Positions 19,575-29,991 are shown, counted from the first letter of the stretch. The stretch: 64,000 nt of DNA from Promethearchaeota archaeon (GCA_019058445.1 JAHPZA010000009.1:32001-96000), one strand, 5' to 3'. Translations and numbers: made by a program. The notes: generated by a model not told the origin, from the letters alone.

Positions 19575-22500
19575 ATGAAAAACAAAAAAATTATTCTATT
19601 GTTTTTTATAGTGTGTATGAATTTCTCTATGCTAATTGTAGCAACTAATAAACCAATTAAACAGAGTAATAACACTCCAGGTACTTTAAAAACATCTCAA
19701 ACAGAAGCAGGAGGAAAAGTCTTCACCACTAGACAAGAGACATTTTATAATTGTTACATCAATAATAAACAGCCAGCGCTAAATAACTTACCAAAAATAA
19801 ATATTCCTAATTATATTCTTTCAAGTGCATCAATGAATTTTGAGGAAATTTTAGCTCATAATTTCACTTACGAACTGGAACCAGAATATACAGCGGCTTT
19901 TAAAACCAGTTCTTATACAGAACCTACTTATGTATATCAAAAATTCTGGGTTGAACGAAGTCAATATATTAATAATGTCAGCATTTATATATTAGATGAA
20001 ATAAATGAAAATGATTATAATGAGCAAAATTCATGGGAAGTTGCTATATTGAATTGCTCAAATGACTTATATGGAACACCGAATGAAACAATACAATCAC
20101 CATTAGTAATACCTCATCCCCGGAATGCAATTCCTCACTGGGAACTTTTTGACTTTTTAAATTCTGAAATAGGATCTATCTTTTTAGATAAAGATAACAC
20201 AAACTTTACAATAGAAAATGGATTCATTAAATACTGGTTCGCACTAAGAATAAAAATACCTCCTAATGATTTTTGGCAAGGAGGTGGGGAAAAATATCTT
20301 TTCTTCAATCCAGATGGCGATGATCCCACTGATATTGGAGAGGGTGCAACTTTCGCCAGAGGTCAGTTTGGCTATGGTTCTCACCGTAAAGCTTATTCTC
20401 ATACTAATGTAAGTGCGATTAATGTTATAAATGGCACTAAAAAAAGCGGTGGAATCCCTTCTTTCGCATTTATGGATAATGACAGATTTTTAGCTCAATC
20501 AAATTCTAATAATTTAACATTAAACGCCACACTTGATTTTAGTTTTGGAGATGATTGGTTGTTCTGGTTTATCAAAGAAAGGCTTCCCAGTGTATGGGAT
20601 ACTGAATATAAACCCATATTTGGATTGGAATGGGAAGAATTCTGGAATCTATTGCATCCTTATCTACTATTTGGATTTGACTTTAATATCGTAACAAACA
20701 TAAGCGACTTTAGTGATATACTTACTGCTGATATATTTCTATTCAATTCAACGGATAATACATGGATGAATGTATCCCAGTATATGAATGTTAAACAAGA
20801 AGATGAAACATTAATTACTGTCAATGTTAGAGACCGTGAAGGGAAAGATGATATCTTGTCATTAATGGGGGATGGGATGGCCTACCCAGCGCCAAATGAA
20901 CATCGGAATTATAATCTTACTGTTAAATTTAACTATACAAGTAATGGTGCTGTTTTTAACGTATCATTTGATGAATTCACTATAGATGTTCTTACTTTAT
21001 ATGAAATTTCTGATCTTCAGATATTTGATCCCGGTATAAAAGATTTATTTTATCCCATTAAAGCAACGGTAGACCCGACTACTGGAAGCACATTAGAAAA
21101 TTATAATTTAGATGTATTAGAATTAAATGATGGTAATTATTTTATAGCAAATTCTATAGATGATAATCTTACAATTGAATTTGAATTTAACTTAGTTCCC
21201 TATTTGAACAGTTCATTATGGAATATGGACCAATATGAATATCAATATGTTTACCCAAATCCCACGATCCCTGAAATGACTTTGCGTCTTAGTTCTAAGG
21301 TAAGTATAAAGGGAAACTCTTCAGTGCAAAATAATCTAACTACTGCTCTGTTAGAAGTTTATGTACCCGAAGAAATGGATTGGTTTCCAATTTGGGGAGA
21401 AAATTTATTAGCTCATGAGGAAGAGTTTCAAATACCTGCTTGGATAAATGTTACAAGCTCTTTATTTATTCTACAAATGATAAATTCTTCGGCTCAAAAA
21501 AATTCACTTAAATTTCGGTTAAGATATGAATGGAATGATGCTCAAACACCCCCTCCCGGAGGTTTTAATGTTACCATTGATGAGTTTAGTTTCGATATCA
21601 CCGTTCAAAATGCTAGGTCTTCAGATTTCGCTACGATGATTGGTTACGGGTATAATAATACTTCAGTAAAGCCCCCTGATATTTCCATGAAAGTTCAGGG
21701 CACAAGTGTGGCAAATGATAGTACATGGAGTGGTGCCATTGCTAATGGTAGTCCCTCTTTGGACGGGAATTTTGAATTTAATATAACATCCCGATGGGAG
21801 GCTGTTAGTTTTAATGTGACTATTTCATATACCATTTATAAATACATTATTGACCTAGATTTTAAGAAAAGTATAAAATCTCAGTATATGACAGGAACGA
21901 ATTATTTTACAGTTGAAGTAACAGATGATAATGGTAATGAACTGGAAGATATCGAATTACTTTTCGAACTTTTGGATAGCGATGATAAAGTTGTAGATGA
22001 GGATACTGCTATTACAAATGAGGATGGCGAAGCTAAGGGGTCATTAGATTTTGATGAAGTGGGAGATGGATATAAGATTAAAGTCAGTTTTGAAGAAGAT
22101 AGTATCTATGCTGAAGAGGATATAGAGTCGGACGAATTCAGAATAGTAGATGAAACAACCTTGTTTATTGATAATGTTCTATTTTTTCTGCCATATATAT
22201 TAATCGCTGTTGCCGGGATTACTATATTTGCCACAGTTAGGCATCATAGAATGAATAAATTACGCAGGTTCTGGGCAGGAGAGGCACTTACTTTGGATGA
22301 TTTACTTAAAATTAGTTACCTTTTAATAATACATAAAGACGCAGGGGTGACAATATATAATAAGCAGGTTTCAATGGAACTTGATTCTGATTTGATCGGT
22401 GGATTTCTCACAGCAATTTCTCAATTCAGGAGTGAGCTTAAGAAAGATTCAATTCCTAAATCCGCAGATCAAGGGATTGAAATGGATTATTATGATTTTA

Positions 22501-22931
22501 AAATAGTTATAACTGATGGAAATTATGTCAGAGTTGCTTTAATTCTGGATGGTATACCTTCAGAGAGACTAAATGAGAGTCAATGGGAATTTACTCGAAG
22601 ATTTGAAATGAAACATCAAGCAAGTTTAAAAGATTTTACTGGTGATATTAGAACATTCAAAGAAACTGATGATTTAGTAGATCAGATTTTCAATATTAGA
22701 TTAATGTATCCTTTACAGTTAGCAAAACATTGGGAATTTACAAAACTTACCAAACTAGAAAAAGCTCTTGTTGAAGTGGGATTAGAGATGCAAAAAGAAA
22801 GAAACTTTATTTTTACCTCAAGTCTATTGAGTTATGGATTAGCGGGTCGCAAAGAATCAAGAGATCAAATCATAAGTACGATTCTAGATCTTAAACGTAG
22901 AGGAATACTTATTCCAATGGAAATAGAATAA
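19575..22931 (+). CDS. Single-pass membrane protein: large ectodomain + TM + cytoplasmic longin-like and winged-helix-like domains
   Basis: Signal peptide; beta-rich ectodomain with many NxS/T; Ig-like 'VTDDNG...TNEDGEA'; TM ~22180-22240; tail 'LLIIHKDAGVTIY...LIGGFLTAISQFRSEL...VRVALIL'. Confidence 0.7.
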   Translation: MKNKKIILLFFIVCMNFSMLIVATNKPIKQSNNTPGTLKTSQTEAGGKVFTTRQETFYNCYINNKQPALNNLPKINIPNYILSSASMNFEEILAHNFTYELEPEYTAAFKTSSYTEPTYVYQKFWVERSQYINNVSIYILDEINENDYNEQNSWEVAILNCSNDLYGTPNETIQSPLVIPHPRNAIPHWELFDFLNSEIGSIFLDKDNTNFTIENGFIKYWFALRIKIPPNDFWQGGGEKYLFFNPDGDDPTDIGEGATFARGQFGYGSHRKAYSHTNVSAINVINGTKKSGGIPSFAFMDNDRFLAQSNSNNLTLNATLDFSFGDDWLFWFIKERLPSVWDTEYKPIFGLEWEEFWNLLHPYLLFGFDFNIVTNISDFSDILTADIFLFNSTDNTWMNVSQYMNVKQEDETLITVNVRDREGKDDILSLMGDGMAYPAPNEHRNYNLTVKFNYTSNGAVFNVSFDEFTIDVLTLYEISDLQIFDPGIKDLFYPIKATVDPTTGSTLENYNLDVLELNDGNYFIANSIDDNLTIEFEFNLVPYLNSSLWNMDQYEYQYVYPNPTIPEMTLRLSSKVSIKGNSSVQNNLTTALLEVYVPEEMDWFPIWGENLLAHEEEFQIPAWINVTSSLFILQMINSSAQKNSLKFRLRYEWNDAQTPPPGGFNVTIDEFSFDITVQNARSSDFATMIGYGYNNTSVKPPDISMKVQGTSVANDSTWSGAIANGSPSLDGNFEFNITSRWEAVSFNVTISYTIYKYIIDLDFKKSIKSQYMTGTNYFTVEVTDDNGNELEDIELLFELLDSDDKVVDEDTAITNEDGEAKGSLDFDEVGDGYKIKVSFEEDSIYAEEDIESDEFRIVDETTLFIDNVLFFLPYILIAVAGITIFATVRHHRMNKLRRFWAGEALTLDDLLKISYLLIIHKDAGVTIYNKQVSMELDSDLIGGFLTAISQFRSELKKDSIPKSADQGIEMDYYDFKIVITDGNYVRVALILDGIPSERLNESQWEFTRRFEMKHQASLKDFTGDIRTFKETDDLVDQIFNIRLMYPLQLAKHWEFTKLTKLEKALVEVGLEMQKERNFIFTSSLLSYGLAGRKESRDQIISTILDLKRRGILIPMEIE

Positions 22932-23008
22932 ATATTAATATTTTTTTTCTCTATTTTTTTTCATTTGATTGATTAAATATGAAAATTAAAATTAAAAAAA
23001 AAAAGAAA

Positions 23009-24325
23009 TTAATTATTTAGTAGGTGGGCAAATAATAGATGAAGTCCTAAGGCTATACCCCATCCAGCAAGTGCAATTGCACTCCACGGGAATGTTGAAT
23101 ATAATGCATTTAAGACAATCAAGTAAGCACCTGTAGAGATATAAATTGATAAATGGATTATGGCTGTTGATTTCCAAAAACCTTTAACATTTTTTAGAAC
23201 CAGATAAAAAATAGAACCATGCACTGCTATACCAATTAGCCATCCCATAGCGGGATGAATTATTAGAATTACTGGTATTCCAAATAGAAAGAAATGAATG
23301 CCGATCAAGATTATTCCAGCTAACCACATGGTGAAATGACCAATAAATGACCACATCCAAAAAACCAACCAGCGAGCCTTTGACCGCAATTCAAATTTAT
23401 CAAGATCCTCTCCATATTGGCTTTTAACAGTATTGAGTGCCTTATCAATAATTGAATTCCAATACATAGTGATATATGCATGATAAGCAATGAGAATTCC
23501 CCATAAAATTAAGGAAAATATTGGCCAGAAAATCTTCGAAGGATTCGTAAAATATTCATATAACTGCCAACCATTGCCAACTATATAGAATCCAATATGA
23601 ATAATAAGACCTTTCATAACGGACTCAATAGCTTCAATATAAAAATAGAGAATGTACGAGAAGATATGGACAGCAAGAACACTCCCCCATCCGAGAGTTA
23701 CTTCTATTATCTCTGAGGGATCGGAAGGACTTATTATATTGTACGAATAAAGCCAAATATTTACAATGATATAATAGCTAATATGGATGATTACTAACCA
23801 AAAATTAGAAATTTTTGAGGTGGCTTTCATTTTTAATTTTTTATCTGCTTCATCGGGAAATTTCCTTTTAAGATTTAGAAGTTCCCGATTTAATGAACTA
23901 TCCCACAAAAAGAATCCTAATGCATGGAATCCAAATGCTATACCCCAATACATTAAGGGATAGATAAAAAATATTGTTCCAGTCGCAACAGCCAGATTAA
24001 TGATTAATAAGAAAAGATTTACAGTAATATAGAACCATGCATGGAAGATAAACAATACTTTGAAAGCAGGATCATGCCTTATTTTTGAAAGATACTCGAT
24101 TTTATCGTTATACATTACGTAGACTAGAGTATGAAATCCACTTCCAAAACCCCATCCAAAAATCGCGAAAAAAGGCCAAAAAAAGCCTGCGCCTGTTACT
24201 GCCCATATTAATATTAACAATCCCATAACGGCACAGTAAGTAAAAAGATGGAGTGCAATTAGTATTCTGTGTGATAACAGCCTAATTAATGCATTTTTCT
24301 CTCTAGATTCATTCATTTTTAACAC
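23009..24325 (-). CDS. Polytopic membrane protein made of six tandem 2TM-domain repeats
   Basis: Six copies of 'H...(Y/W).....L.......WP....W(G/L).....H'. Confidence 0.75.
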   Translation of the reverse strand: MLKMNESREKNALIRLLSHRILIALHLFTYCAVMGLLILIWAVTGAGFFWPFFAIFGWGFGSGFHTLVYVMYNDKIEYLSKIRHDPAFKVLFIFHAWFYITVNLFLLIINLAVATGTIFFIYPLMYWGIAFGFHALGFFLWDSSLNRELLNLKRKFPDEADKKLKMKATSKISNFWLVIIHISYYIIVNIWLYSYNIISPSDPSEIIEVTLGWGSVLAVHIFSYILYFYIEAIESVMKGLIIHIGFYIVGNGWQLYEYFTNPSKIFWPIFSLILWGILIAYHAYITMYWNSIIDKALNTVKSQYGEDLDKFELRSKARWLVFWMWSFIGHFTMWLAGIILIGIHFFLFGIPVILIIHPAMGWLIGIAVHGSIFYLVLKNVKGFWKSTAIIHLSIYISTGAYLIVLNALYSTFPWSAIALAGWGIALGLHLLFAHLLNN

Positions 24326-24519
24326 TTTATTTTTTTTTTTGTTTTAATTTTTAATTAAATTATATTAGTCAATTGAAAGTAAAATCAACTTGAATTTAAG
24401 AAATAAATAGACCGATATTTGATTTTATCAGGAATAAAAATGAAAATAGCTTTTATTTATATACTTAATATTGTTCTCATTATTAGAGAATCTTAAAGAA
24501 AGTGCGTTTCTGAAGCAAA

Positions 24520-25851
24520 TTGAAAGATGATAATAGAACTTCTATTTGTAAAATTATACCTTTAATTAAGGAATTTATAGAAGGAAAAAGGGTTAATTTG
24601 GATATTACTGTCCGTAAAGATCCTATTATATTTCATTATTATACTGAGATTATACGCTATTGGAGTAAACTAAATTTCATTTTACAAAAAACCCAAAGAT
24701 CATTAGGTTTTTATCATTTCCCCCAAAATGAAATACCAATTTATATATATATTATATATCGAAAATTCCAAGAATATGCATCCAAAAAGAGTATATTAGA
24801 GGAATTATACTTATCATCTAACCAAATAAAGAAAATAAAAAGATTTATTAATAAATTAGAAACTTTTACTTGGAAGATTGCATTAAAAAGTAAATCATAT
24901 AAGGAGATACTAAGTATAACAGAAGCTATTCCCACTTTTGTTATTGACCGCCTTTTGCCAGTAATGTCTTTTGAGTTTATAGAACAAAATATTCAATCAA
25001 TGAATGATTATCAAAAATATAATAATTTTATACGTATATCTGATTGGAAGTTAAAGAGTTCGGATCATAGTTTTTTAATTTCATTGGAAAATGAATTGTG
25101 GTCTCATAATATTCCATCGAAACGAGATCGAGACCTCCCTGAATTAGTATTTATACCAAATGAAAAAAAAAGCTTGATTTTGAAAAGTAAATCCTACTCA
25201 TCACGTAAAATAACTTTTCAAGACAAGGCTTCTGCCGCGGTTATTAAAGTATTATCACCTCAATCCTTTGATTATATATGTGATATGTGTGCAGCTCCAG
25301 GTATCAAAACAAATTTAATTGCTCACTATACGTCTAATCAAGCAAGAGTCATTTCTGGTGAATTTCTTCTCAAAAGAGCGTTTGAAATGTCTAAACTCAT
25401 TAAAAGGACAAATACTGTAAATACACATTTAATTAATTGCGACAGTATTCAGTTTCCTTTAAGAATTAACACTAAATTCGATAGAATCTTGTTGGACGCA
25501 CCTTGTACGGGAAGTGGAACATTTATTTCGAATCCAGAACTAAAATGGCGTCAAAACAACAATTTTTTGTATCAAAATGTAATAATTCAAGAGAAATTAA
25601 TAGGGAGTGCTCTTAGACTACTAAAGCCCAACGGCATTTTCGTATATAGTACTTGCAGCCTATACCCCGAAGAAGGGGAATTACAAATCTTAAAATATAT
25701 TAGTATGTTAGAACCTCTCCAATTGCCAGACTGGTTTTCACCGAGTTATAAAATAAATGGTCAAATAGTTTCCGGGACTGGAAGATTATTTCCCTCAATG
25801 CACCATACCCATGGCTTTTTTATAGGAAAATTCAAAAAAAAAGAAAAATGA
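24520..25851 (+). CDS. RsmB/NOL1/NSUN-family RNA m5C methyltransferase
   Basis: 'QDKAS', 'DMCAAPGIKT', 'FDRILLDAPCTGSG', 'VYSTCS..PEE', 'GFFIG'. Confidence 0.9.
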   Translation: MKDDNRTSICKIIPLIKEFIEGKRVNLDITVRKDPIIFHYYTEIIRYWSKLNFILQKTQRSLGFYHFPQNEIPIYIYIIYRKFQEYASKKSILEELYLSSNQIKKIKRFINKLETFTWKIALKSKSYKEILSITEAIPTFVIDRLLPVMSFEFIEQNIQSMNDYQKYNNFIRISDWKLKSSDHSFLISLENELWSHNIPSKRDRDLPELVFIPNEKKSLILKSKSYSSRKITFQDKASAAVIKVLSPQSFDYICDMCAAPGIKTNLIAHYTSNQARVISGEFLLKRAFEMSKLIKRTNTVNTHLINCDSIQFPLRINTKFDRILLDAPCTGSGTFISNPELKWRQNNNFLYQNVIIQEKLIGSALRLLKPNGIFVYSTCSLYPEEGELQILKYISMLEPLQLPDWFSPSYKINGQIVSGTGRLFPSMHHTHGFFIGKFKKKEK

Positions 25852-25889
25852 TACTATGTAAATCAGATTGAGAAGAAGCGGCTCTAAGC

Positions 25890-26702
25890 ATGTCAAATGA
25901 GAAGAAAAAATTCATAACCATTGGTCAAATTGATGCTACTGGAGTGAGAGGTCCTCATGAAAAGGAATTAAAGGATATTAGCAACAATAAATATGCTATG
26001 TTTATCAAGATAAATGAAGAACAGTTAAAAAATATCGTACAAAATGACCTTGGGGCGAAAATTGAAAATATCGGATTTAATGAAGATTGGACAATATCTA
26101 TCGAGATGTTTCCTGAAGTTAATATTCATATGTCCTATTCTTATTTTGGTGATGAATTTGGAGATGATATCGAAGCTGAATTTAAATTTTACTTTTCTGG
26201 TGAAAGAGTATATTGGGTTCCCGGAGAAGATTCTGCAACATTCATCGATATTATAATGGATTTTATGGAAGAGCGAAGTAAAAATAAAGCTCCCTTTCAA
26301 AAAGAATATACTAAGAAAACAGATTTAATGAAAAAGGTTTTAATACAAAGAGAAAAACCATTCAACCTTTTAAAGGCAGACGATAAAAATAAATTAACCT
26401 CCTTTTTAGGAGCCAAAGTATGGAAAACAGATGAGGGTTGGAGAATTAAAAAAGAAGTTTTTCCAAAAATCTTTATTGAAATAACATGGAATAGCAAAAA
26501 TGGCTTAGATATTGCATTTTCAGGAGAAAATCTAGAAAATATTAGTAGCTATCATATCGAATTTGTTGGGATTTTTATCATTAATCACATACTCCGATAT
26601 ATAACCGTAAATAACCAAGATAAGGATTTACCAGATATTTGTTATATGATGTTCTCAAGATTATACACTAAAGAGAAGGGTTGGGAACACAGAACACGAT
26701 AA
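25890..26702 (+). CDS. Hypothetical protein with two internal repeats (DUF3786-like)
   Basis: Repeat 'LGAK....W.I..E.FP...I....(x)..FSGE' occurs twice; resemblance to DUF3786 is by eye only. Confidence 0.5.
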   Translation: MSNEKKKFITIGQIDATGVRGPHEKELKDISNNKYAMFIKINEEQLKNIVQNDLGAKIENIGFNEDWTISIEMFPEVNIHMSYSYFGDEFGDDIEAEFKFYFSGERVYWVPGEDSATFIDIIMDFMEERSKNKAPFQKEYTKKTDLMKKVLIQREKPFNLLKADDKNKLTSFLGAKVWKTDEGWRIKKEVFPKIFIEITWNSKNGLDIAFSGENLENISSYHIEFVGIFIINHILRYITVNNQDKDLPDICYMMFSRLYTKEKGWEHRTR

Positions 26703-26730
26703 AAAAATTATAAATTAAATTTAAAAAAAC

Positions 26731-27297
26731 CTATACAGTTGTCCATATTACAGCTCTTCCTTTTTTCTTATCTGACCTTTTAATTTTTTGTGAAGCCTCA
26801 AGATCGGACATTAGTTTCCAAACTTGAGAATTACTTAATTTAAAATACTTTCTCAAATCTGGAGTTGACATCTCAGTTCCATTTAATAAATTTAGAATTA
26901 ACCGTTTAATCTCTTCCACCGTATCCTCATCAGATTCTGAAGCATCATCATCATTGTTTTCTTCCTCCTCTGGTTCTTCCATTTCCAACATAATTCGTGA
27001 AGCTATACTGTTAAGTTGTTTAATGTTATTTTCTATACCTTGAGGTTTCATAAATAAACAGCATAATTCTAAATCTTTCGGAAAGGCTACGATGTAAAAT
27101 TTATCATATAATATTGCTCTAGGTTTTTTACCAGCGTTTCCTCCACGAAATGCAAGATAGAAATTCATTGCAAAATCATCCAAATTTACTACACCTTTAG
27201 ATGCTTCAAAATTCTTTTTCCATTTAAGAAAAGGACCGTCAATCATATCAAATCCTATTAATGCAGCTCCAAATAATTCCTTTTCACTAAAATTCAG
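26731..27297 (-). CDS. Putative uDENN/longin-like protein with C-terminal winged helix (CTG start proposed; ORF track starts at 27246)
   Basis: In-frame upstream extension CTG-N-F-S-E-K-E-L-F-G-A-A-L-I-G-F-D joins M-I-D-G-P, giving 'FD-x3-GP'; acidic linker; HTH-like 'MSTPDLRKYFKLSNSQVWKLMSDLE'. Confidence 0.6.
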   Translation of the reverse strand: MNFSEKELFGAALIGFDMIDGPFLKWKKNFEASKGVVNLDDFAMNFYLAFRGGNAGKKPRAILYDKFYIVAFPKDLELCCLFMKPQGIENNIKQLNSIASRIMLEMEEPEEEENNDDDASESDEDTVEEIKRLILNLLNGTEMSTPDLRKYFKLSNSQVWKLMSDLEASQKIKRSDKKKGRAVIWTTV

Positions 27298-27298
27298 T

Positions 27299-27826
27299 TT
27301 ATTTTAACCCCCTTCTGATTAAAGTTTGATTTAATTCTTTTTCAATTATTTGAATTAATGATTTTTTTTCTGTAGGATTTATTGCAGTAAGACCGTAAGT
27401 TTTTACATGAAGTAAATCCTCAATCAGTTTAGGATCCATTCTACTTACATCATTCATACATAAATCTTGTTTATTCGCAATCCCTATAATAGGGCACTCC
27501 TCATCTACAATCTTTTTGGCCAGCTCAATTAATTTTTTTGAATTTAAGACATTTCGAGGAGTAGAATCTGTTACAATAAAAACGAGGTCAGAACCTTCAA
27601 GATAATCTTCAAGATATTTTAGATATGCTTTTTGTCCACCAAAATCCCAAACTTTTAGGTTATAATTATTTAATCTTATGGACTCCAGATCAAATCCTTG
27701 AGTAGGAATGTATAATGGGTCAATGGTATCATTTCTAGTTAATAATTTCAGCATTGTTGTCTTTCCTACAGCAGGATGTCCCATGATCGAAATTTTTGCC
27801 AATGTATTAAATGTAGAACTTACCAT
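27299..27826 (-). CDS. Small Ras-superfamily GTPase (Arf/Rag-like Asgard type)
   Basis: G1 GHPAVGKT, G2 PTQG, G3 WDFGGQ, G4 NKQD, G5-like LTA. Confidence 0.92.
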   Translation of the reverse strand: MVSSTFNTLAKISIMGHPAVGKTTMLKLLTRNDTIDPLYIPTQGFDLESIRLNNYNLKVWDFGGQKAYLKYLEDYLEGSDLVFIVTDSTPRNVLNSKKLIELAKKIVDEECPIIGIANKQDLCMNDVSRMDPKLIEDLLHVKTYGLTAINPTEKKSLIQIIEKELNQTLIRRGLK

Positions 27827-27935
27827 TATAAATCATAACTTTCGAAATTTGCTTAAGAAAAAGTGAGAATTCAAGTAATATTAATCTGGATGATATCTGT
27901 ATATTATTTTTAAGAAATGAATTCAAGCTAATTTA

Positions 27936-29867
27936 TTAAAATATTCCAGTTATAGGAATATTATAATAAAATGATAATAAAATAAGCGAGAAAAATGTTG
28001 GAACAATTAGACTAAAAGTCAATAATCTTTGGGACACTCTTAAGCACTCTTGTAGCGTATCAATGATTGTATTAAAATAGATTGGATTTCCCCATATTCT
28101 AACATCATTCACTGTTGAATTATAGTAGAAAAATTCAACCGGTTCTAAGTTTTTTTCTGCTTCTTGAATTAATTTGTCTAGCTTCTCAATAATAAAATCT
28201 AGTTTTATTTTATCTCCTAAAGGTGAATACCCTCTACTAGTGAATTGTCGCGCTACGGTATGTGAGTCTGAGGTTGTGATTTCACCTTTTTCAATTCCCC
28301 GGTTTTGTAGCATATTTAGGATATATGATCGAATATCAACATATGCGTTATTTGCATCGAAATGAATTAAAGCGGTTTTTTGATTAGTTTCAATATTTTT
28401 AAAAATGTGAACCACAATCCCACCATACCCAATACCATCAGTTTCAGAAAACCGTTCCATAGGATCATTTGCAACTCCATATAATAATGGAATAGGAGAG
28501 CTTGACTGCCTTTTTTTGCTTGTTAAATACTTCTCTGAAACGTTAATGAATTCCTTTCCCTCTAAAGATTTTTTAATAATTAAAACTTCATCTCCTATTA
28601 TTGAGTTATGAGAATCAATAATCAATACTTCATTAAATTTGTTCCATTGAGCAATTTTTCTTATCTTCTTACCAATATCGGATTGTATATCATCTGAGGG
28701 AAGGGGATGTCTTGTTAAAAACATAATAGGTACATTATCTATTTCCATCCCTAAAACTTTTGAATTATTGGATATTTTTCTGGAAAAATCTTTCACTTTT
28801 TTTATCCATAGTAGATTCTTATCATTTTTTATCCTTTTGATATCAGAATTAATCTGATTTAAAATTTTATTTTCCTCATTCTGAGTAGTTAGATTTTGTG
28901 TATGATCGGTTGTGGTATGATAGACAGTTGTTCCAGGAATACTTTCTCTAAACGATCTATAGATTAATTCCGGTAAATCACTAGAACCACATGTTTTAAA
29001 TGGTCCGAAATGAACGTGAGGAACAATAAATAATCCTTTTAATTTTTTTGTCTCGTCATTTCTTATTGCTAAATATTGTATTTTTACACTGGAATTTACT
29101 CCAACTGTATCAAATATTTGTTCTATTTTATCATCATGACCACTTGTCATCATAGAAAGTACAAATGCTCGAATAAACGGATATCCTCCCAAATCTCCAC
29201 CTGTTGCGTCTCTATATGTTCTACTTACATGAAATAAACCTCTTGCGTAAAAGATAGTGAATATAAAAGCACATGTCCCGAAAAAAATCATAGCTCTAAT
29301 AAAAAATGTTAAGGATAATTGAGCTGTATATATACTGTAAAGGATAATACTTGAAACCGGTTGTATTAACGCTAAAATGAAGTGGCCGTACTTTCCTACC
29401 GTTGTAAATGAAAAATAAATAACAAAAGCTAAAATATAGGAAATAATTATACCTAACATAAAAAATACTTCACGAAAAGTGTGGTTTCGGAAATATAGTG
29501 CTAATAACTGTCCAACTAAAAAACTTCCCCCTATAATTGAATTAAAAATAGCATTCATTTGAATTGACCATCCTCTTGGTGGAGAAGCTAAAACAGGCGC
29601 TTTTTTTGAATATATTAATGCAACAATCACACCAATCAATGATGTAATCATAAAAATAATAAAGATCTGCAAAAAGTAATTAAAAAGCATGTTAATACAG
29701 ATTATGTTAAAACATCGCTCATAAATAGCATGAAATATTGTTGATAATAATGCAATTAAAAAAGGCAAACCAAATAAAGCAGTATAAGCGAGGAATCTGG
29801 AAGAAAATAATTCAACATAAGAAAATATTCCAGGTGCTTTTCGAGATGGTTGCTTCTGAACAAACAT
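27936..29867 (-). CDS. DUF2070 family membrane protein
   Basis: N-terminal TM bundle; 'PHVHFGPF..CGSS.LP', 'IIDSHN', 'FDANN', 'TSDSH'; C-terminal TM. Confidence 0.85.
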   Translation of the reverse strand: MFVQKQPSRKAPGIFSYVELFSSRFLAYTALFGLPFLIALLSTIFHAIYERCFNIICINMLFNYFLQIFIIFMITSLIGVIVALIYSKKAPVLASPPRGWSIQMNAIFNSIIGGSFLVGQLLALYFRNHTFREVFFMLGIIISYILAFVIYFSFTTVGKYGHFILALIQPVSSIILYSIYTAQLSLTFFIRAMIFFGTCAFIFTIFYARGLFHVSRTYRDATGGDLGGYPFIRAFVLSMMTSGHDDKIEQIFDTVGVNSSVKIQYLAIRNDETKKLKGLFIVPHVHFGPFKTCGSSDLPELIYRSFRESIPGTTVYHTTTDHTQNLTTQNEENKILNQINSDIKRIKNDKNLLWIKKVKDFSRKISNNSKVLGMEIDNVPIMFLTRHPLPSDDIQSDIGKKIRKIAQWNKFNEVLIIDSHNSIIGDEVLIIKKSLEGKEFINVSEKYLTSKKRQSSSPIPLLYGVANDPMERFSETDGIGYGGIVVHIFKNIETNQKTALIHFDANNAYVDIRSYILNMLQNRGIEKGEITTSDSHTVARQFTSRGYSPLGDKIKLDFIIEKLDKLIQEAEKNLEPVEFFYYNSTVNDVRIWGNPIYFNTIIDTLQECLRVSQRLLTFSLIVPTFFSLILLSFYYNIPITGIF

Positions 29868-29991
29868 TTTTCAATAATTTTGATCTAGTATTAATTAATA
29901 ATTCCTTTTGAATTAATTACTCTTATGATATAAATAAAAATAATAAATAAATAAATAATTGAAATAATATTAAACGATCAAGAGAAGGATC

